In this document: positions 1-9,853 of the stretch, in pieces | Layout of the letters: every line of letters starts with the position of its first letter | How positions within the stretch are numbered: the stretch's first letter is position 1 | Source of the DNA: Syntrophorhabdaceae bacterium | GTDB lineage: Bacteria > Desulfobacterota > Syntrophorhabdia > Syntrophorhabdales > Syntrophorhabdaceae | Length of the DNA: 64,000 bases | Assembly: GCA_963665295.1 (NCBI GenBank) | Contig: OY762209.1 | Coordinates: 1,536,001 to 1,600,000 of the forward strand | Direction of reading: 5' to 3' | Notes under the pieces: generated by a model | What the model was told of the DNA's origin: nothing | Database searches by the model: none | Seen by the model: the letters and a program-made list of their open reading frames with translations, nothing else | Program-made: the position numbers and the translations under genes

Positions 1-456
1 CTTCATGACAGCCTCGGGACGCTTTACCTGAAACTGAATCGCCTGGACGATGCGAGAAGGTCTTTCCAAGAGGCGGTCAAGCTGAACGGGGAGTTTATGG
101 CCGCGCGGTTCAACCTGTTCTACACCCTGAAAGCCCTGGGGAAGAATGAAGACGCCCTTGAACAAGGGGAGTTCATCTTCGCCAAGAATCTGCCCTATCC
201 CGATTTCTACTGTGCCTTCGGGGAGGTATACCTCGCCCTTTCACGGTTCAAGGAAGCGTCGGAGGCTGCGGACCGCACCTTGAGCCTCAATCCGCAATAC
301 GCGAGAGCCCATCTTCTCAAGGCCCGGATTTGCGAAAAGGAGGGGGATGCGAAGGGTGCCCTGGACGCTGTCGAACGGTGCATGGTCTGCAAACCTCCCA
401 GGGAACTTCAACCCCTGATAGGGGAAATGACGAGGCGTCTGAAGAAGAAGTCCTGA
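1..456 (+). CDS. Tetratricopeptide repeat protein (5' end outside window)
   Basis: Frame 1 is open from base 1 (LHDSLGTLYLKLNRLDDARRSFQEAVKLNG...). It shows repeated TPR-like helices such as FGEVYLALSRFKEASEAADRTLSLNPQYARAH. Confidence 0.8.
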   Translation, partial: LHDSLGTLYLKLNRLDDARRSFQEAVKLNGEFMAARFNLFYTLKALGKNEDALEQGEFIFAKNLPYPDFYCAFGEVYLALSRFKEASEAADRTLSLNPQYARAHLLKARICEKEGDAKGALDAVERCMVCKPPRELQPLIGEMTRRLKKKS

Positions 457-557
457 TCCCCTGATTTACCTATCCCCATGAAAAGACAAGATGAAGACGG
501 GTGGAAAGGGTCTGTGGTGACGGACCTGCTCCTTTCCCCTTTTAAGGCCCCGGAACC

Positions 558-1964
558 ATGACGGGCATGGAGATGGTTTTTCTCCTTGTAGGCGCTGTTG
601 CCGGCGGGTGCATCGCGTGGATATGGGCGCTTTCACGTTTTCAGAAATCCCGGGCCCTATGGGAAGGGGACGCGTCGGGCGCGGAGGCCGTGGCCGCTGA
701 GTTGAGGCATCAGGTAGAGGGAAAGGACCGGGAAACGGCCCGGCTTAGAGAGGAGATCTCCCTCGAAAGGGGGGCGAGGATAGAGGCCGCCACGCGGCTC
801 GAAGCGGCGGCGGAGGGCCTTGACGCGGAGCGGCAGCTTCTCAAGGATTTGAAAAGGGAGATGACGGACACCTTCAATGCCCTTTCGTCCCGGGCCCTGA
901 AGAGCAGCAGCGAGGATTTCATCAGGCTCGCCTCGGAGCATCTGGGAAAGATAATCGAGACCACCAAGGGCAGGCTGGGCGAGCACCAGTCGGCCATGGA
1001 CGGAATGATCAAGCCTCTTCAGGAAACGCTCAGGCGGTACGAGGGTGAGATCAAGGCCATGGAAGAGGGGAGGCAGAAGGCGTTCGGAAGCCTTGAAGAA
1101 CAGTTGAGGGCCCTCGCATCCGGCCAGGAAAGCCTTCAGAGGGAGACAGGCAACCTCGTTTCGGCCCTCAGAAAGCCGGAGGTGAGGGGCCGGTGGGGGG
1201 AGATGCAACTGAAGAGGGTGGCGGAACTCTCCGGCATGTCCATGCACTGTGACTTCACGGAGCAGGTTTCCGTGGATACGGATACGGGGAAGGCGCGGCC
1301 CGACATGGTGGTCCATCTCCCTTCCGGCCGCGAAATAGTGGTCGATTCAAAGGTATCCCTCGACGCTTATCTCGACGCCACGGCAGACAGGACTGAGGAG
1401 GGGAGAAAGACCAAACTCGAGAGACATGCCCGGCAGGTGAGGACCCACATGGACCGGCTTTCCTCCAAGGAGTACTGGAGCCAGTTCGAACAGTCCCCTG
1501 AATTCGTCATTCTCTTCATCCCCGGTGAATCCTTTCTCGGGGCGGCCCTCGACGCGGATACGACACTCATAGAGGACGGCATCGGAAAGAAGGTTATCCT
1601 TGCCACTCCCACCACCTTTATCGCCCTGCTCCGGGCGATCGCCTTCGGGTGGAGACAGGAGCAGGTCACGAAGAACGCCAGGGAAGTGAGCCTCCTGGGC
1701 CGGGAGCTGTATGAGAGGATCTCCACCATGGTCAGGCATTTCGAGGACCTCGGGAGCGCTATAAGGAAAGCAACGGAGATGTACAACAAGACGGTAGGGT
1801 CCATGGAGGCACGGGTTCTTCCCTCGGCGAGAAGATTCAGGGACCTTGGTGCGACCGGTGCGGGAGAAATTCCGGTGCTTGAGGAAACGGATAATCTGCC
1901 GAGGAAGGTGGACGGCCTTCTCTGGGACGGACGAAAGGAGGAAGAAGATGGAGGAAAAGGATAG
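558..1964 (+). CDS. rmuC: DNA recombination protein RmuC
   Basis: N-terminal TM segment, long coiled coil, and motifs RGRWGEMQL, RPDMVVHLP, VVDSKVSL, FVILFIPGE and ATPTT typical of RmuC. Confidence 0.93.
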   Translation: MTGMEMVFLLVGAVAGGCIAWIWALSRFQKSRALWEGDASGAEAVAAELRHQVEGKDRETARLREEISLERGARIEAATRLEAAAEGLDAERQLLKDLKREMTDTFNALSSRALKSSSEDFIRLASEHLGKIIETTKGRLGEHQSAMDGMIKPLQETLRRYEGEIKAMEEGRQKAFGSLEEQLRALASGQESLQRETGNLVSALRKPEVRGRWGEMQLKRVAELSGMSMHCDFTEQVSVDTDTGKARPDMVVHLPSGREIVVDSKVSLDAYLDATADRTEEGRKTKLERHARQVRTHMDRLSSKEYWSQFEQSPEFVILFIPGESFLGAALDADTTLIEDGIGKKVILATPTTFIALLRAIAFGWRQEQVTKNAREVSLLGRELYERISTMVRHFEDLGSAIRKATEMYNKTVGSMEARVLPSARRFRDLGATGAGEIPVLEETDNLPRKVDGLLWDGRKEEEDGGKG

Positions 1965-2151
1965 GCTGCGGGTCGTGCTCATGCGACTTCTCGAGGAAGA
2001 CCGGTATTCTCTGGAAGAGTACGGGCACTGGATGGATGTGGCGGAGAAAGCCGGACTCGGAGACGTCCGTGATCTCATAGGGGAAGCGGAGAAGTCCACG
2101 AGATCGGCCATGAGGGCCACGTCGGCCGCCCTCGATTTGATCAGCCGGTAA
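1948..2151 (+). CDS. Small helical hypothetical protein (67 aa)
   Basis: ATG at 1948 is preceded by AAGGAGG and overlaps the rmuC end. Sequence MEEKDRLRVVLMRLLEEDRYSLEEYGHWMDVAEKAG... looks like amphipathic helices. Confidence 0.6.
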   Translation: MEEKDRLRVVLMRLLEEDRYSLEEYGHWMDVAEKAGLGDVRDLIGEAEKSTRSAMRATSAALDLISR

Positions 2152-2211
2152 GAGAGGTGCGCCGTCCGCGGGAAGCAGGACGGGCCTTGCTCTTATCGTG
2201 CCCGTAAGGCG

Positions 2212-2979
2212 CTAAAGGCGTCTGACCCGGACTAAGGCCCCCTTCCGCAAAGCCTGCATGTCCATGAAGCTTTCCATGAAATATCCGAATTCGAGATACC
2301 CCGAACTGCCGATGAGGCACACCACGTCGGACTCGAAATAACTCCTGTAGAGCCTGTCAAAGCAAAGGGTCCCCACTTCAATCCGGAAAGTTCCCGCCAG
2401 GAAAGGCCCCAGCCAATCACGGGAAATGTTGGTGATCCCGTTTCCGAACCTGTCGAACCTCACGATTTCTCCCAGGAGCGTATCATCTTCCACAACGGGG
2501 ATGAGGCCGGAAAGGCGGACCGGGTCCGGGACGCACGGCCCGAATGCCTGGGGCGTCTCGCCCGTGGAGAGATGCGCCGCGGCAGGGGCGAAGATATCCC
2601 GTCCGTGAAAGGTGGCGCTTACCTCGGGGAGCATGAGATCAGGCCGGTCTATTGCATGGACCTTTGCAGTCTCGTCCATGACGAGGCTGAATATCCCGTT
2701 GTCGGGACCTACGAAGAGATGGCGGTCCCTGGTGACGATGATGGACTTTCTTGCCCCGCCCACCGTGGGATCGACCACTGCAACGTGGATTGCGCCGTCC
2801 CGGAACCACGGGTAATAATCGCCGATCATGAACGCGGCTTCCCGTATGTCCTGGGCTTCCACCTCGTGGGTGATGTCCACGATCCGTGCATCGGGGTTGA
2901 TCGAAAGGATTACTCCCTTCATGATGCCCGCGTAGGGGTCTTTCAGACCGAAGTCCGTGAGGAGGGTGATGGTTTTCAC
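2212..2979 (-). CDS. SAM hydroxide adenosyltransferase (DUF62, SAM-dependent chlorinase/fluorinase family)
   Basis: Motifs ITLLTDFG, DITHEV, VVDPTVG..R, GPDNG, SATFHGRDIFAP and DRFGN. The Asp-Arg-His triad of hydrolytic members is present. Confidence 0.92.
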   Translation of the reverse strand: MKTITLLTDFGLKDPYAGIMKGVILSINPDARIVDITHEVEAQDIREAAFMIGDYYPWFRDGAIHVAVVDPTVGGARKSIIVTRDRHLFVGPDNGIFSLVMDETAKVHAIDRPDLMLPEVSATFHGRDIFAPAAAHLSTGETPQAFGPCVPDPVRLSGLIPVVEDDTLLGEIVRFDRFGNGITNISRDWLGPFLAGTFRIEVGTLCFDRLYRSYFESDVVCLIGSSGYLEFGYFMESFMDMQALRKGALVRVRRL

Positions 2980-4013
2980 GGTTCAGGAGGGAAGAGCATA
3001 CGTATCCCCTCCCTGTAGGGCCGCTCCACGATGCCCTTTTCCGTGATAAAAGCGGAGATGTATTTGGCCGGGGTAATATCAAAAGAGTAGTACCTTGCCT
3101 TCACGTCGTGAAGGGTGAGCAGCTTCTTTCCGATGTACTTCACTTCCCCTCCGTCCCTCTCCTCAATATCGATGGCGCTTCCATTGTCCGTATTTTTGTC
3201 GAAGGTCGAAACCGGCGCTGCGATATAAAAGGGTATTTTATATTCCCGGGCGGCGAGGGAGATCATGTACGTGCCTATCTTGTTCGCCGTGTCGCCGTTT
3301 CTCGCGATCCTGTCGGCCCCTGTCACGACCTTGTCCACGGCCTTGTAATAGCACAGGAGGCCCGCATGGTTGTCCGGCACAAGCTCCACGTCGATCCCCT
3401 CTTCCTTGAGTTCGTATACGGTGAGCCGCGCGCCCTGGAAATAGGGCCGCGTCTCCGTTGAAAAGACCTTTATCCGTTTTCCGCTTTCATGGGCGGCTCT
3501 TATGACCCCCAAGGCGGTGCCGTACCCGCCCGTGGCGAGGGCGCCCGCGTTGCAGTGGGTAAGGATGGTGTCGCCGTCGTCTATCAGTTCCGCGCCATAG
3601 CGGGACAGGGTCCTGTTGTTCTCCACATCTTCGGTGTGGACGGCAATGGCCTCCCGGGTGATCGAATCGAGGAGGTCGGGGTCGTTCTTGTGGAGGTCAT
3701 AGACCTTCCGCATCCTCGTGAGGGCCCAGGAGAGATTGACCGCGGTCGGCCTCGTGGCGAGAAGCCTCTTGCAGACCCGGTCCATGTCGGAGGGGCTGAA
3801 CCGCCCTTTCCGCATGGTAATCTCCCTCATGCCTATAGCCACGCCGTAAGCCGCCACCACGCCTATGAGGGGCGCGCCTCTCACGATCATGTTCCTTATG
3901 GCCTTCTCCACGTCCGCCACGGCCGTGCACCGGACGTATTCCTGTTTGAAGGGGAGTTTTCTCTGATCGAGGAGGTAAAGGGAGCCTTCATCCCAGTAAA
4001 TGTGGTCAATCAT
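2976..4013 (-). CDS. mtnA: S-methyl-5-thioribose-1-phosphate isomerase
   Basis: Motifs LLDQRKLP, VRGAPLIG, RPTAVNL, LTHCNAGALATGGYGTA, ETRPYFQGARLT, GADRI and NKIGTY. Confidence 0.96.
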   Translation of the reverse strand: MIDHIYWDEGSLYLLDQRKLPFKQEYVRCTAVADVEKAIRNMIVRGAPLIGVVAAYGVAIGMREITMRKGRFSPSDMDRVCKRLLATRPTAVNLSWALTRMRKVYDLHKNDPDLLDSITREAIAVHTEDVENNRTLSRYGAELIDDGDTILTHCNAGALATGGYGTALGVIRAAHESGKRIKVFSTETRPYFQGARLTVYELKEEGIDVELVPDNHAGLLCYYKAVDKVVTGADRIARNGDTANKIGTYMISLAAREYKIPFYIAAPVSTFDKNTDNGSAIDIEERDGGEVKYIGKKLLTLHDVKARYYSFDITPAKYISAFITEKGIVERPYREGIRMLFPPEP

Positions 4014-4077
4014 CCGTGTCTCCAGCCTCCTTCTTTCCCGGTGTAATCACTATTGCAGCGCATCCGAAGTCAATCGG

Positions 4078-5529
4078 TCATTCCCCTTTGAGTCTCTTGA
4101 GCAGGAGGTCGTTGAGAAGTTTCGGATTCGCCTTCCCCCTCGTTTCTTTCATTGCCTGTCCCACGAAGAATCCGAGGAGTTTTTCCTTGCCTCCCCGGAA
4201 ATCGGCCAGCTCTTTGGGGAATTTCGCAATGATGGCGTCTATTGTTCCCACGAGGGAGGTTTCGTCCGATATCTGGACCATGCCCTTCTCTTCCACGAGT
4301 TTCTTCGGCGAGATGCCCCGCGCATAAAGCTCGGGGAATATTTCCTTGCCTATCTTTATGTTTATAGTCCCGTCCTTTATGAGGGAGAGCAGTTCCGCGA
4401 GGTGTCCGGGGGTGAGGGGCGCGTCTTTCGGCGACACGTTGCCCGTCTTCAACTCCCTCAAAAGCTCGGTCATGATCCAGTTGCTCACGGTCTTCGCTTC
4501 CTTGAAGAGCTTCAGGGTCTCTTCGAAATAGTCCCCCAGCGCCCTGTCCGAGACAAGTATCTCCGCGTCATACCGGGGTAGGCCGTATTCGCTCATGAAC
4601 CGCTCTATCTTCGCCATGGGCAGTTCGGGAAGGGCCTTTCCTATTTCCTCCACCCAGGCATCGTCGATGGTCAGGGGAAGAAGGTCGGGTTCGGGGAAGT
4701 ACCTGTAGTCGTGGGCTTCTTCTTTACCCCTCATGGAATAGGTTACGCCTTCGTCGGGGTTGAAAAGGCGCGTTTCCTGGACAACCGTGCCGCCCGACTC
4801 TATCAACTCGATCTGCCGCGTTATCTCGTAGGCAAGTGACCTTTCTATGAAACGGAAGGAATTGAGGTTTTTCATCTCCGCCCGGGTGCCGAGTTCCGGG
4901 TCGCCCTTCTTCCTCACCGACACGTTGGCGTCGCACCTGAAACTCCCTTCCTCCATGTTCCCGTCGCATACTTCAAGGTAAACCAGTATATCGCGCAGGG
5001 TCTTGAGATAGAGGACCGCCTCCTCGGGTGTTGCGATGTCCGGTTCGCTCACGATTTCGAGAAGGGGCACGCTCGACCTGTTGTAGTCGACGAGGCTGTA
5101 ACTGCTCGCCTCTATGGTGCTCTCGTGAACCAGCTTCCCTGCGTCTTCCTCCATGTGGACCCTTTTTACACGGATCCTCTTTTTCGTATCCCCGAGGAAG
5201 ATATCGAGGAACCCGTCTTCGCATATGGGCTCTTCGTACTGGGATATCTGATAACCCTTGGGCAGGTCCGGGTAATAGTAATTCTTCCGGGCGAAGATAC
5301 TCTTTTTGTTAATCCTGCAACCGAGGGCAAGACCGAGTTTTATGGCAAAATCCACCACCTTTTTATTGAGGACCGGCAGGGCGCCGGGAAGTCCCATGCA
5401 GGTAGGGCATGTGTGGCTGTTCGGTTCTCCCCCGAATGTGGTTGAGCATCCGCAGAATATCTTGCTGTTCGTGAGAAGATGGGCATGAACTTCAAGCCCC
5501 ATGACGCCTTCATAACCGTTATGATTCAC
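4078..5529 (-). CDS. gatB: Asp-tRNA(Asn)/Glu-tRNA(Gln) amidotransferase subunit B
   Basis: Motifs GLEVHAHL.T.SKIFC, RKNYYYPDLPKGYQISQ, HMEEDAGK, GSFRCDANVS, DYRYFPEPDL, and a C-terminal Yqey-like GFFVGQAMK.TRGKANP. Confidence 0.98.
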   Translation of the reverse strand: MNHNGYEGVMGLEVHAHLLTNSKIFCGCSTTFGGEPNSHTCPTCMGLPGALPVLNKKVVDFAIKLGLALGCRINKKSIFARKNYYYPDLPKGYQISQYEEPICEDGFLDIFLGDTKKRIRVKRVHMEEDAGKLVHESTIEASSYSLVDYNRSSVPLLEIVSEPDIATPEEAVLYLKTLRDILVYLEVCDGNMEEGSFRCDANVSVRKKGDPELGTRAEMKNLNSFRFIERSLAYEITRQIELIESGGTVVQETRLFNPDEGVTYSMRGKEEAHDYRYFPEPDLLPLTIDDAWVEEIGKALPELPMAKIERFMSEYGLPRYDAEILVSDRALGDYFEETLKLFKEAKTVSNWIMTELLRELKTGNVSPKDAPLTPGHLAELLSLIKDGTINIKIGKEIFPELYARGISPKKLVEEKGMVQISDETSLVGTIDAIIAKFPKELADFRGGKEKLLGFFVGQAMKETRGKANPKLLNDLLLKRLKGE

Positions 5530-5841
5530 TTTTCCACCTCTCCGGTAGTCGTAATGGTACTAATATACAACAGGTTCTCCCCTTTTTCCAAATATTCCGT
5601 AGGCGGAAACGGGGCGGTCGCGGACATGGTGCGGGAGGGGCGCTGCAGTCCGGGCAGGAGGGTCCATCACCGCAGGTGGGGAAAGACGGCCCCCTATCCC
5701 CCGGATGTCATTGAAAACATGGGGCATAACAGAACAAGGCTTGACCGTACAGGCATTTTCGGGTATGAAGATAAGATGTGGGTCGGTATACCGGGCCGAC
5801 TGACCAGATATTCAGCCCGGGCCCGCCCGGACTGCGATGAT

Positions 5842-8800
5842 ATGACCTTCAACTGCCATACGGGGCCCTCCACGCCGCAAAACGGCAGAAACAGGCGTCT
5901 TTGCGCCCGGTTCACGGCGTTGGCGGTCCTGTTCTGGTGCTGCGTCTTTCTTACCGGGGCTTTGGGGCAAACCATTTCAGACAATATTACCTCTGTCGGC
6001 CCCGGTATGGTGGGCGTCAGGATAGAGGAGAGGACAGTAAGCGAAACGCCGCCCGTGGATAGTATATCGGGCGGGCAGATAAAGCCGCCGGCTTTGCTGG
6101 ATTCGACGGCGAGCTACACGATTTCGTCCGATGACGACCCCAATTACGTTACGCCGCGTTGCCCGTCGGCCGTGTACAGGAAGACGAGACCCATTGATCT
6201 GGCCTATCCCCTGTTCGGATCGCGGGATCCCTCCGGGGCCGCCTCGGATGTGGCTTCACTGGAGCACAGCCTCTACCTCGCCCTCGATCCGCCCCTTGCG
6301 GCGGGTAAGACCTATACCGTCACTCCTGGTTTCAACTCCCTTGGGAGCAGGACTTTTGTCTTCGGTTGGGGGGTGATGAGGAGCGATGCGGTCCATGCGA
6401 ACCATGCCGGTTTCAGGCCCGACGAGCCTTCCAAAGTGGCCTTTCTCTCCCTCTGGACGGGAAGCGGCGGGGCCCGGAGTTTTGTGGAGGGCAGTGCTTT
6501 TTATGTGTGCCCGGGCGATAATTCAGTGGACTGCGGCAATGAGACGAACCGTGTTTTCGCGGGCCTTGTGGGGGCGCCTTTCACCAGGGAGACAGCGGAG
6601 AATTGGCCTTCCCCCGGTTACCCCGACCCGCCCAATTACAGTTTCACCGACGTTTACCCCCTTGACTTCAGCGCCTGGCAAGGCGCGTCGGAAGGGACCT
6701 ACCGGGTATGTGTCGAAGATGTGGGCTGTTCCTATCCTTTCGAGATCAGTGGGGCGGTATGGCAGAACCTCTTCCTGAAATCGGTGAGGGCCCTCTATTT
6801 CCAAAGGAGCGGAACAGCAGTGGGCACGGCGGGCGACATCTACCACCGACCCCTCGATTTCGGGGGCCTCACGGTGAGCGAGACGGATGTGACGCTCCTT
6901 GAACTGGCCGGTGTATGGCAGGAAGAGCCCCACGCATGGCTCGTCGAGAACAAGCGCGCGGGGACTGCGGTCGGCGGCGCGTGGGGTGGGTATCATGACG
7001 CGGGCGACTGGCAGAGAAGGGTAGAGCATCTCGATGTCCCGCGGCTGCTCTTCGATCTTTATGACGCATTTCCCGCCCGGTTCCAATCGCTCAGTCTCAA
7101 TCTGCCTCAGATGAGCACTGACCCGGCCATTACGCCGCCTGTCCCCGACCTTTTGAGGGAAGCGTTATGGAGCGTCGATTTTTTCAAGCGGCTCCAGATA
7201 TCGGAACCTGGTGATCTTTACGGGGCGGTGCGGGGCGGAATCAATTCCGGGGCATATCCCACCTATGGCGAGAGGAGTTTCGAGCCGGGCTCGTCCCTCG
7301 CCTTCGACCTTATGGCGTACTGCCCCGATGTGTGGTCCTCCTATCTATACGCCGCCGCCGCGGCCCAGACATACACCATGCTCAAGAAGCATGTGACCAA
7401 CGCGCCCTCCTCGCTTGTCGACGGATACCTTCAAAGCGCCCTCGACGCCATGAACTGGGCCGAGAAGAACTGGCCGTCAACCGAGGAGCACTGGGCGCGG
7501 GCAAACGGAAGCATTCCGTTCCCGAGTCAAACCGTGACCAACGCCCGGAACCTGGCCGCCGCCGAACTCTTCAGGGCAACGGGGGATTCCACCTGGCACG
7601 AGGTATTCGCGGCGACCACGTTCTTTACGAAAACCGTCAGCTACGGCGATGGCTATGACCAGATCGACGCCGCATGGACATACTATAATACCGACCGGCC
7701 CGGCATGAGCGAGGGGATCAGGGGATATTGCCGGGACACCCTGGTCGGAGCCGGGCACGCCCTCCTGTACGTGCAGCCCCTCACAGGCTTCCGACTGGGA
7801 AAGAACATCTCCATGCCCGCGGGGTTCGGAAACCTGACCGGCGCGGACCGGTTGCTGGCTCACGCAATTCGCGCCCATATGATCACCCGGGACGCGGAAC
7901 AGCTCAAAGCGCTCATCCTTGGGTCCCAGTCGGGCCTTGGGGCCAACCCGGTCAACATGAGCTTCACCACGGGGATAGGCCATAAATACCCGAAACACCT
8001 GTTCCACCACGACTCGCGAGGTCTTATGGACCCGCCCCCGGGGATCACGGTGGAGGGACCCCTCGACTCCCGCTACTCTGCGGCGGTGACCGATATTTAC
8101 AACTACTTTTTTGCCCCTTTTATCTATCCCGGCACGGATATCCTGCCTGCGTGGCCCCCCATGGAAGCCTATGCCGACGCCTTCTGGCCCCCTATAATGT
8201 GCGAGTTCCAGATCAATCAGACCGTGGCGCGCAACGCGTACGTGTGGGGGTACCTCGCAGCCCTCAGGGGTTTTCAGGCCGTGAAGACACGGTCCCTGGG
8301 AGTGAGCAAATCCGGCGCGGGGTCCGGCAAGGTGACGAGCAACCCCACCGGCCTCGATTGCGGCTCCACATGCGTTGCCGTTTTCTCCGACTGGGCGGAC
8401 GCGATCGTTACCGCTGTCCCTGATGCAGGATCGACCTTCGCGGGATGGGGCGGGGACGCAAGCGGGACGGCGGCGGCAAAGTTGGCCATGACAAAGGACA
8501 GGGCCGTTACGGCAACCTTCGATCTCATCCCCTACACCTTCAGCGTTGCCATTGAGGGTAACGGCGTCATTTCCGCAACCGGCCTTACCTGCAACGGTTC
8601 ATCCTGCCTTGGGACATATCCCTACGGCACGGTGGTGAACATATCGGCCACACCGGCCGTGGGTTCCGTCTTTTCCGGCTGGACCGGATGCGACGGAGCC
8701 TCCGCGGGTTCGGGGAAGAAAGGGGGGAAGAAGGGAAAGGCCCTCGGGACTTCCGGAAAGGCCGCCCGAAGCCGGGTCGCCGCTTCATCGGGCAATGTGT

Positions 8801-9654
8801 GCACCGTGACCGTGACAGGGGACAAATCCGTGTCGGCCCGGTTTGTCCCGGCAAAGACCCTCAAGACTGCGAGATCCGGTTCCGGCACCGTCATAAGCTC
8901 GCCTTCCGGCATCGATTGCGGGAGTTCGTGCTCGGCTTTTTTTGTGGAGGGCACCACGGTGAAGCTCAGCGCTTCACCTGCATCGGGGAACGCCTTTGCT
9001 TACTGGACCGGGGCGTGCACCGGGGCCTCCGGAACGTGCTCCGTTCTTATGAGCGGTGATTCGAGCGTGACCGCTGTCTTCAACCCGTCAGATACCAGGA
9101 AGCATCAACTCCTGGTATCGAAACGAAAGACGGCCGCCGGTGACGGCTCCATAACAAGCGACGACGGAATGATCCGCTGCGGAGAGACGTGCCGCAAGAC
9201 GTATTACCCCCAGACCCCTGTTACCCTTATCGCGGTCCCCAGCGGAAATTCGACCTTCACCGGTTGGGGCGGCGCCTGTTCGGGTACGGGCCCGTGCAGC
9301 GTTGCCATGGACAGGGCGAAACTGGTGACCGCCTCCTTTACGGGACCTCAAAGACTCGTGCTCGTGAAGCAGAAGGTGAAGAAAGGGGACGGCACGGTCA
9401 CAAGCTCGCCTTCCGGCATCTCCTGCGGCGCGGGCTGCACTTCCTTTGCTGCCCTCTATCCTCGGAACGGGAAGGTGACCCTCTCGGCGAACCCCGGTCA
9501 GGGTTCAACCTTTACGGGGTGGAAGACCGCTTCCCACGAATGCGAGGGCACGGGCGACTGCACCGTGACCATGGATAAAAGCCACCTGGTTGTTGCAATC
9601 TTTACAAAGACTTTCGCCTCCCGGGGCGCAAATGTTTCCCCCGAAGAGGAGTAG
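5842..9654 (+). CDS. Secreted glycoside hydrolase family 9 (Ig-like N-domain + GH9 catalytic domain + 5 C-terminal InlB-B/Flg_new-like repeats)
   Basis: Hydrophobic signal-like segment (FTALAVLFWCCVFLTGALG), CelD_N-like VHANHAGFRPD..KVAF, YFQRSG, GGYHDAGD, and C-terminal HLFHHDSR and CEFQINQTVA. The start is uncertain; ATG 5842 was chosen over the ORF-track start 5479, which overlaps gatB. Confidence 0.85.
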   Translation: MTFNCHTGPSTPQNGRNRRLCARFTALAVLFWCCVFLTGALGQTISDNITSVGPGMVGVRIEERTVSETPPVDSISGGQIKPPALLDSTASYTISSDDDPNYVTPRCPSAVYRKTRPIDLAYPLFGSRDPSGAASDVASLEHSLYLALDPPLAAGKTYTVTPGFNSLGSRTFVFGWGVMRSDAVHANHAGFRPDEPSKVAFLSLWTGSGGARSFVEGSAFYVCPGDNSVDCGNETNRVFAGLVGAPFTRETAENWPSPGYPDPPNYSFTDVYPLDFSAWQGASEGTYRVCVEDVGCSYPFEISGAVWQNLFLKSVRALYFQRSGTAVGTAGDIYHRPLDFGGLTVSETDVTLLELAGVWQEEPHAWLVENKRAGTAVGGAWGGYHDAGDWQRRVEHLDVPRLLFDLYDAFPARFQSLSLNLPQMSTDPAITPPVPDLLREALWSVDFFKRLQISEPGDLYGAVRGGINSGAYPTYGERSFEPGSSLAFDLMAYCPDVWSSYLYAAAAAQTYTMLKKHVTNAPSSLVDGYLQSALDAMNWAEKNWPSTEEHWARANGSIPFPSQTVTNARNLAAAELFRATGDSTWHEVFAATTFFTKTVSYGDGYDQIDAAWTYYNTDRPGMSEGIRGYCRDTLVGAGHALLYVQPLTGFRLGKNISMPAGFGNLTGADRLLAHAIRAHMITRDAEQLKALILGSQSGLGANPVNMSFTTGIGHKYPKHLFHHDSRGLMDPPPGITVEGPLDSRYSAAVTDIYNYFFAPFIYPGTDILPAWPPMEAYADAFWPPIMCEFQINQTVARNAYVWGYLAALRGFQAVKTRSLGVSKSGAGSGKVTSNPTGLDCGSTCVAVFSDWADAIVTAVPDAGSTFAGWGGDASGTAAAKLAMTKDRAVTATFDLIPYTFSVAIEGNGVISATGLTCNGSSCLGTYPYGTVVNISATPAVGSVFSGWTGCDGASAGSGKKGGKKGKALGTSGKAARSRVAASSGNVCTVTVTGDKSVSARFVPAKTLKTARSGSGTVISSPSGIDCGSSCSAFFVEGTTVKLSASPASGNAFAYWTGACTGASGTCSVLMSGDSSVTAVFNPSDTRKHQLLVSKRKTAAGDGSITSDDGMIRCGETCRKTYYPQTPVTLIAVPSGNSTFTGWGGACSGTGPCSVAMDRAKLVTASFTGPQRLVLVKQKVKKGDGTVTSSPSGISCGAGCTSFAALYPRNGKVTLSANPGQGSTFTGWKTASHECEGTGDCTVTMDKSHLVVAIFTKTFASRGANVSPEEE
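8287..9603 (+). repeat. Five divergent ~75-80 aa InlB B-repeat-like domains within the GH9 gene
   Basis: Recurring protein pattern G.G.V.S.P.GI.CG..C...F...T.V.L.A.P..GS.F.GW.G.C.G...C.V.M.....V.A.F. Confidence 0.85.
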
Positions 9655-9853
9655 CCCTTCGACGCCCGCGAACCTTTGGAGGCGATGTACGTTGGTGCGG
9701 CCGAAGAGGTAACGGCCTTGCCGTACGGGATCTCCAGGCGGTCCCTCGCCCCCCCCCTTACGCAGCCCGCGTGAAACATGCTAGAATTAGTCGTGGGAAC
9801 CCATTTGACAAACGGGGAGAAAAGACATATCTAATTAATAGGAGCGGCGCACG

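Noticed and set aside
2212..2979. Fluorinase/chlorinase (halometabolite pathway with MtnA)
   Set aside because: It has the TFHGRD His and the Asp/Arg triad of hydrolytic DUF62 members rather than halogenase-type residues, and no halometabolite cluster is nearby.
5479..5841. N-terminal extension of the GH9 ORF as given in the ORF track
   Set aside because: It overlaps the gatB start on the opposite strand and spans the divergent promoter region; the signal-like segment begins only after Met 5842.
9765..9780. Possible parS site (CGTGAAACA) near parAB
   Set aside because: Only a half-site. I found no full TGTTTCACGTGAAACA-like palindrome by eye.
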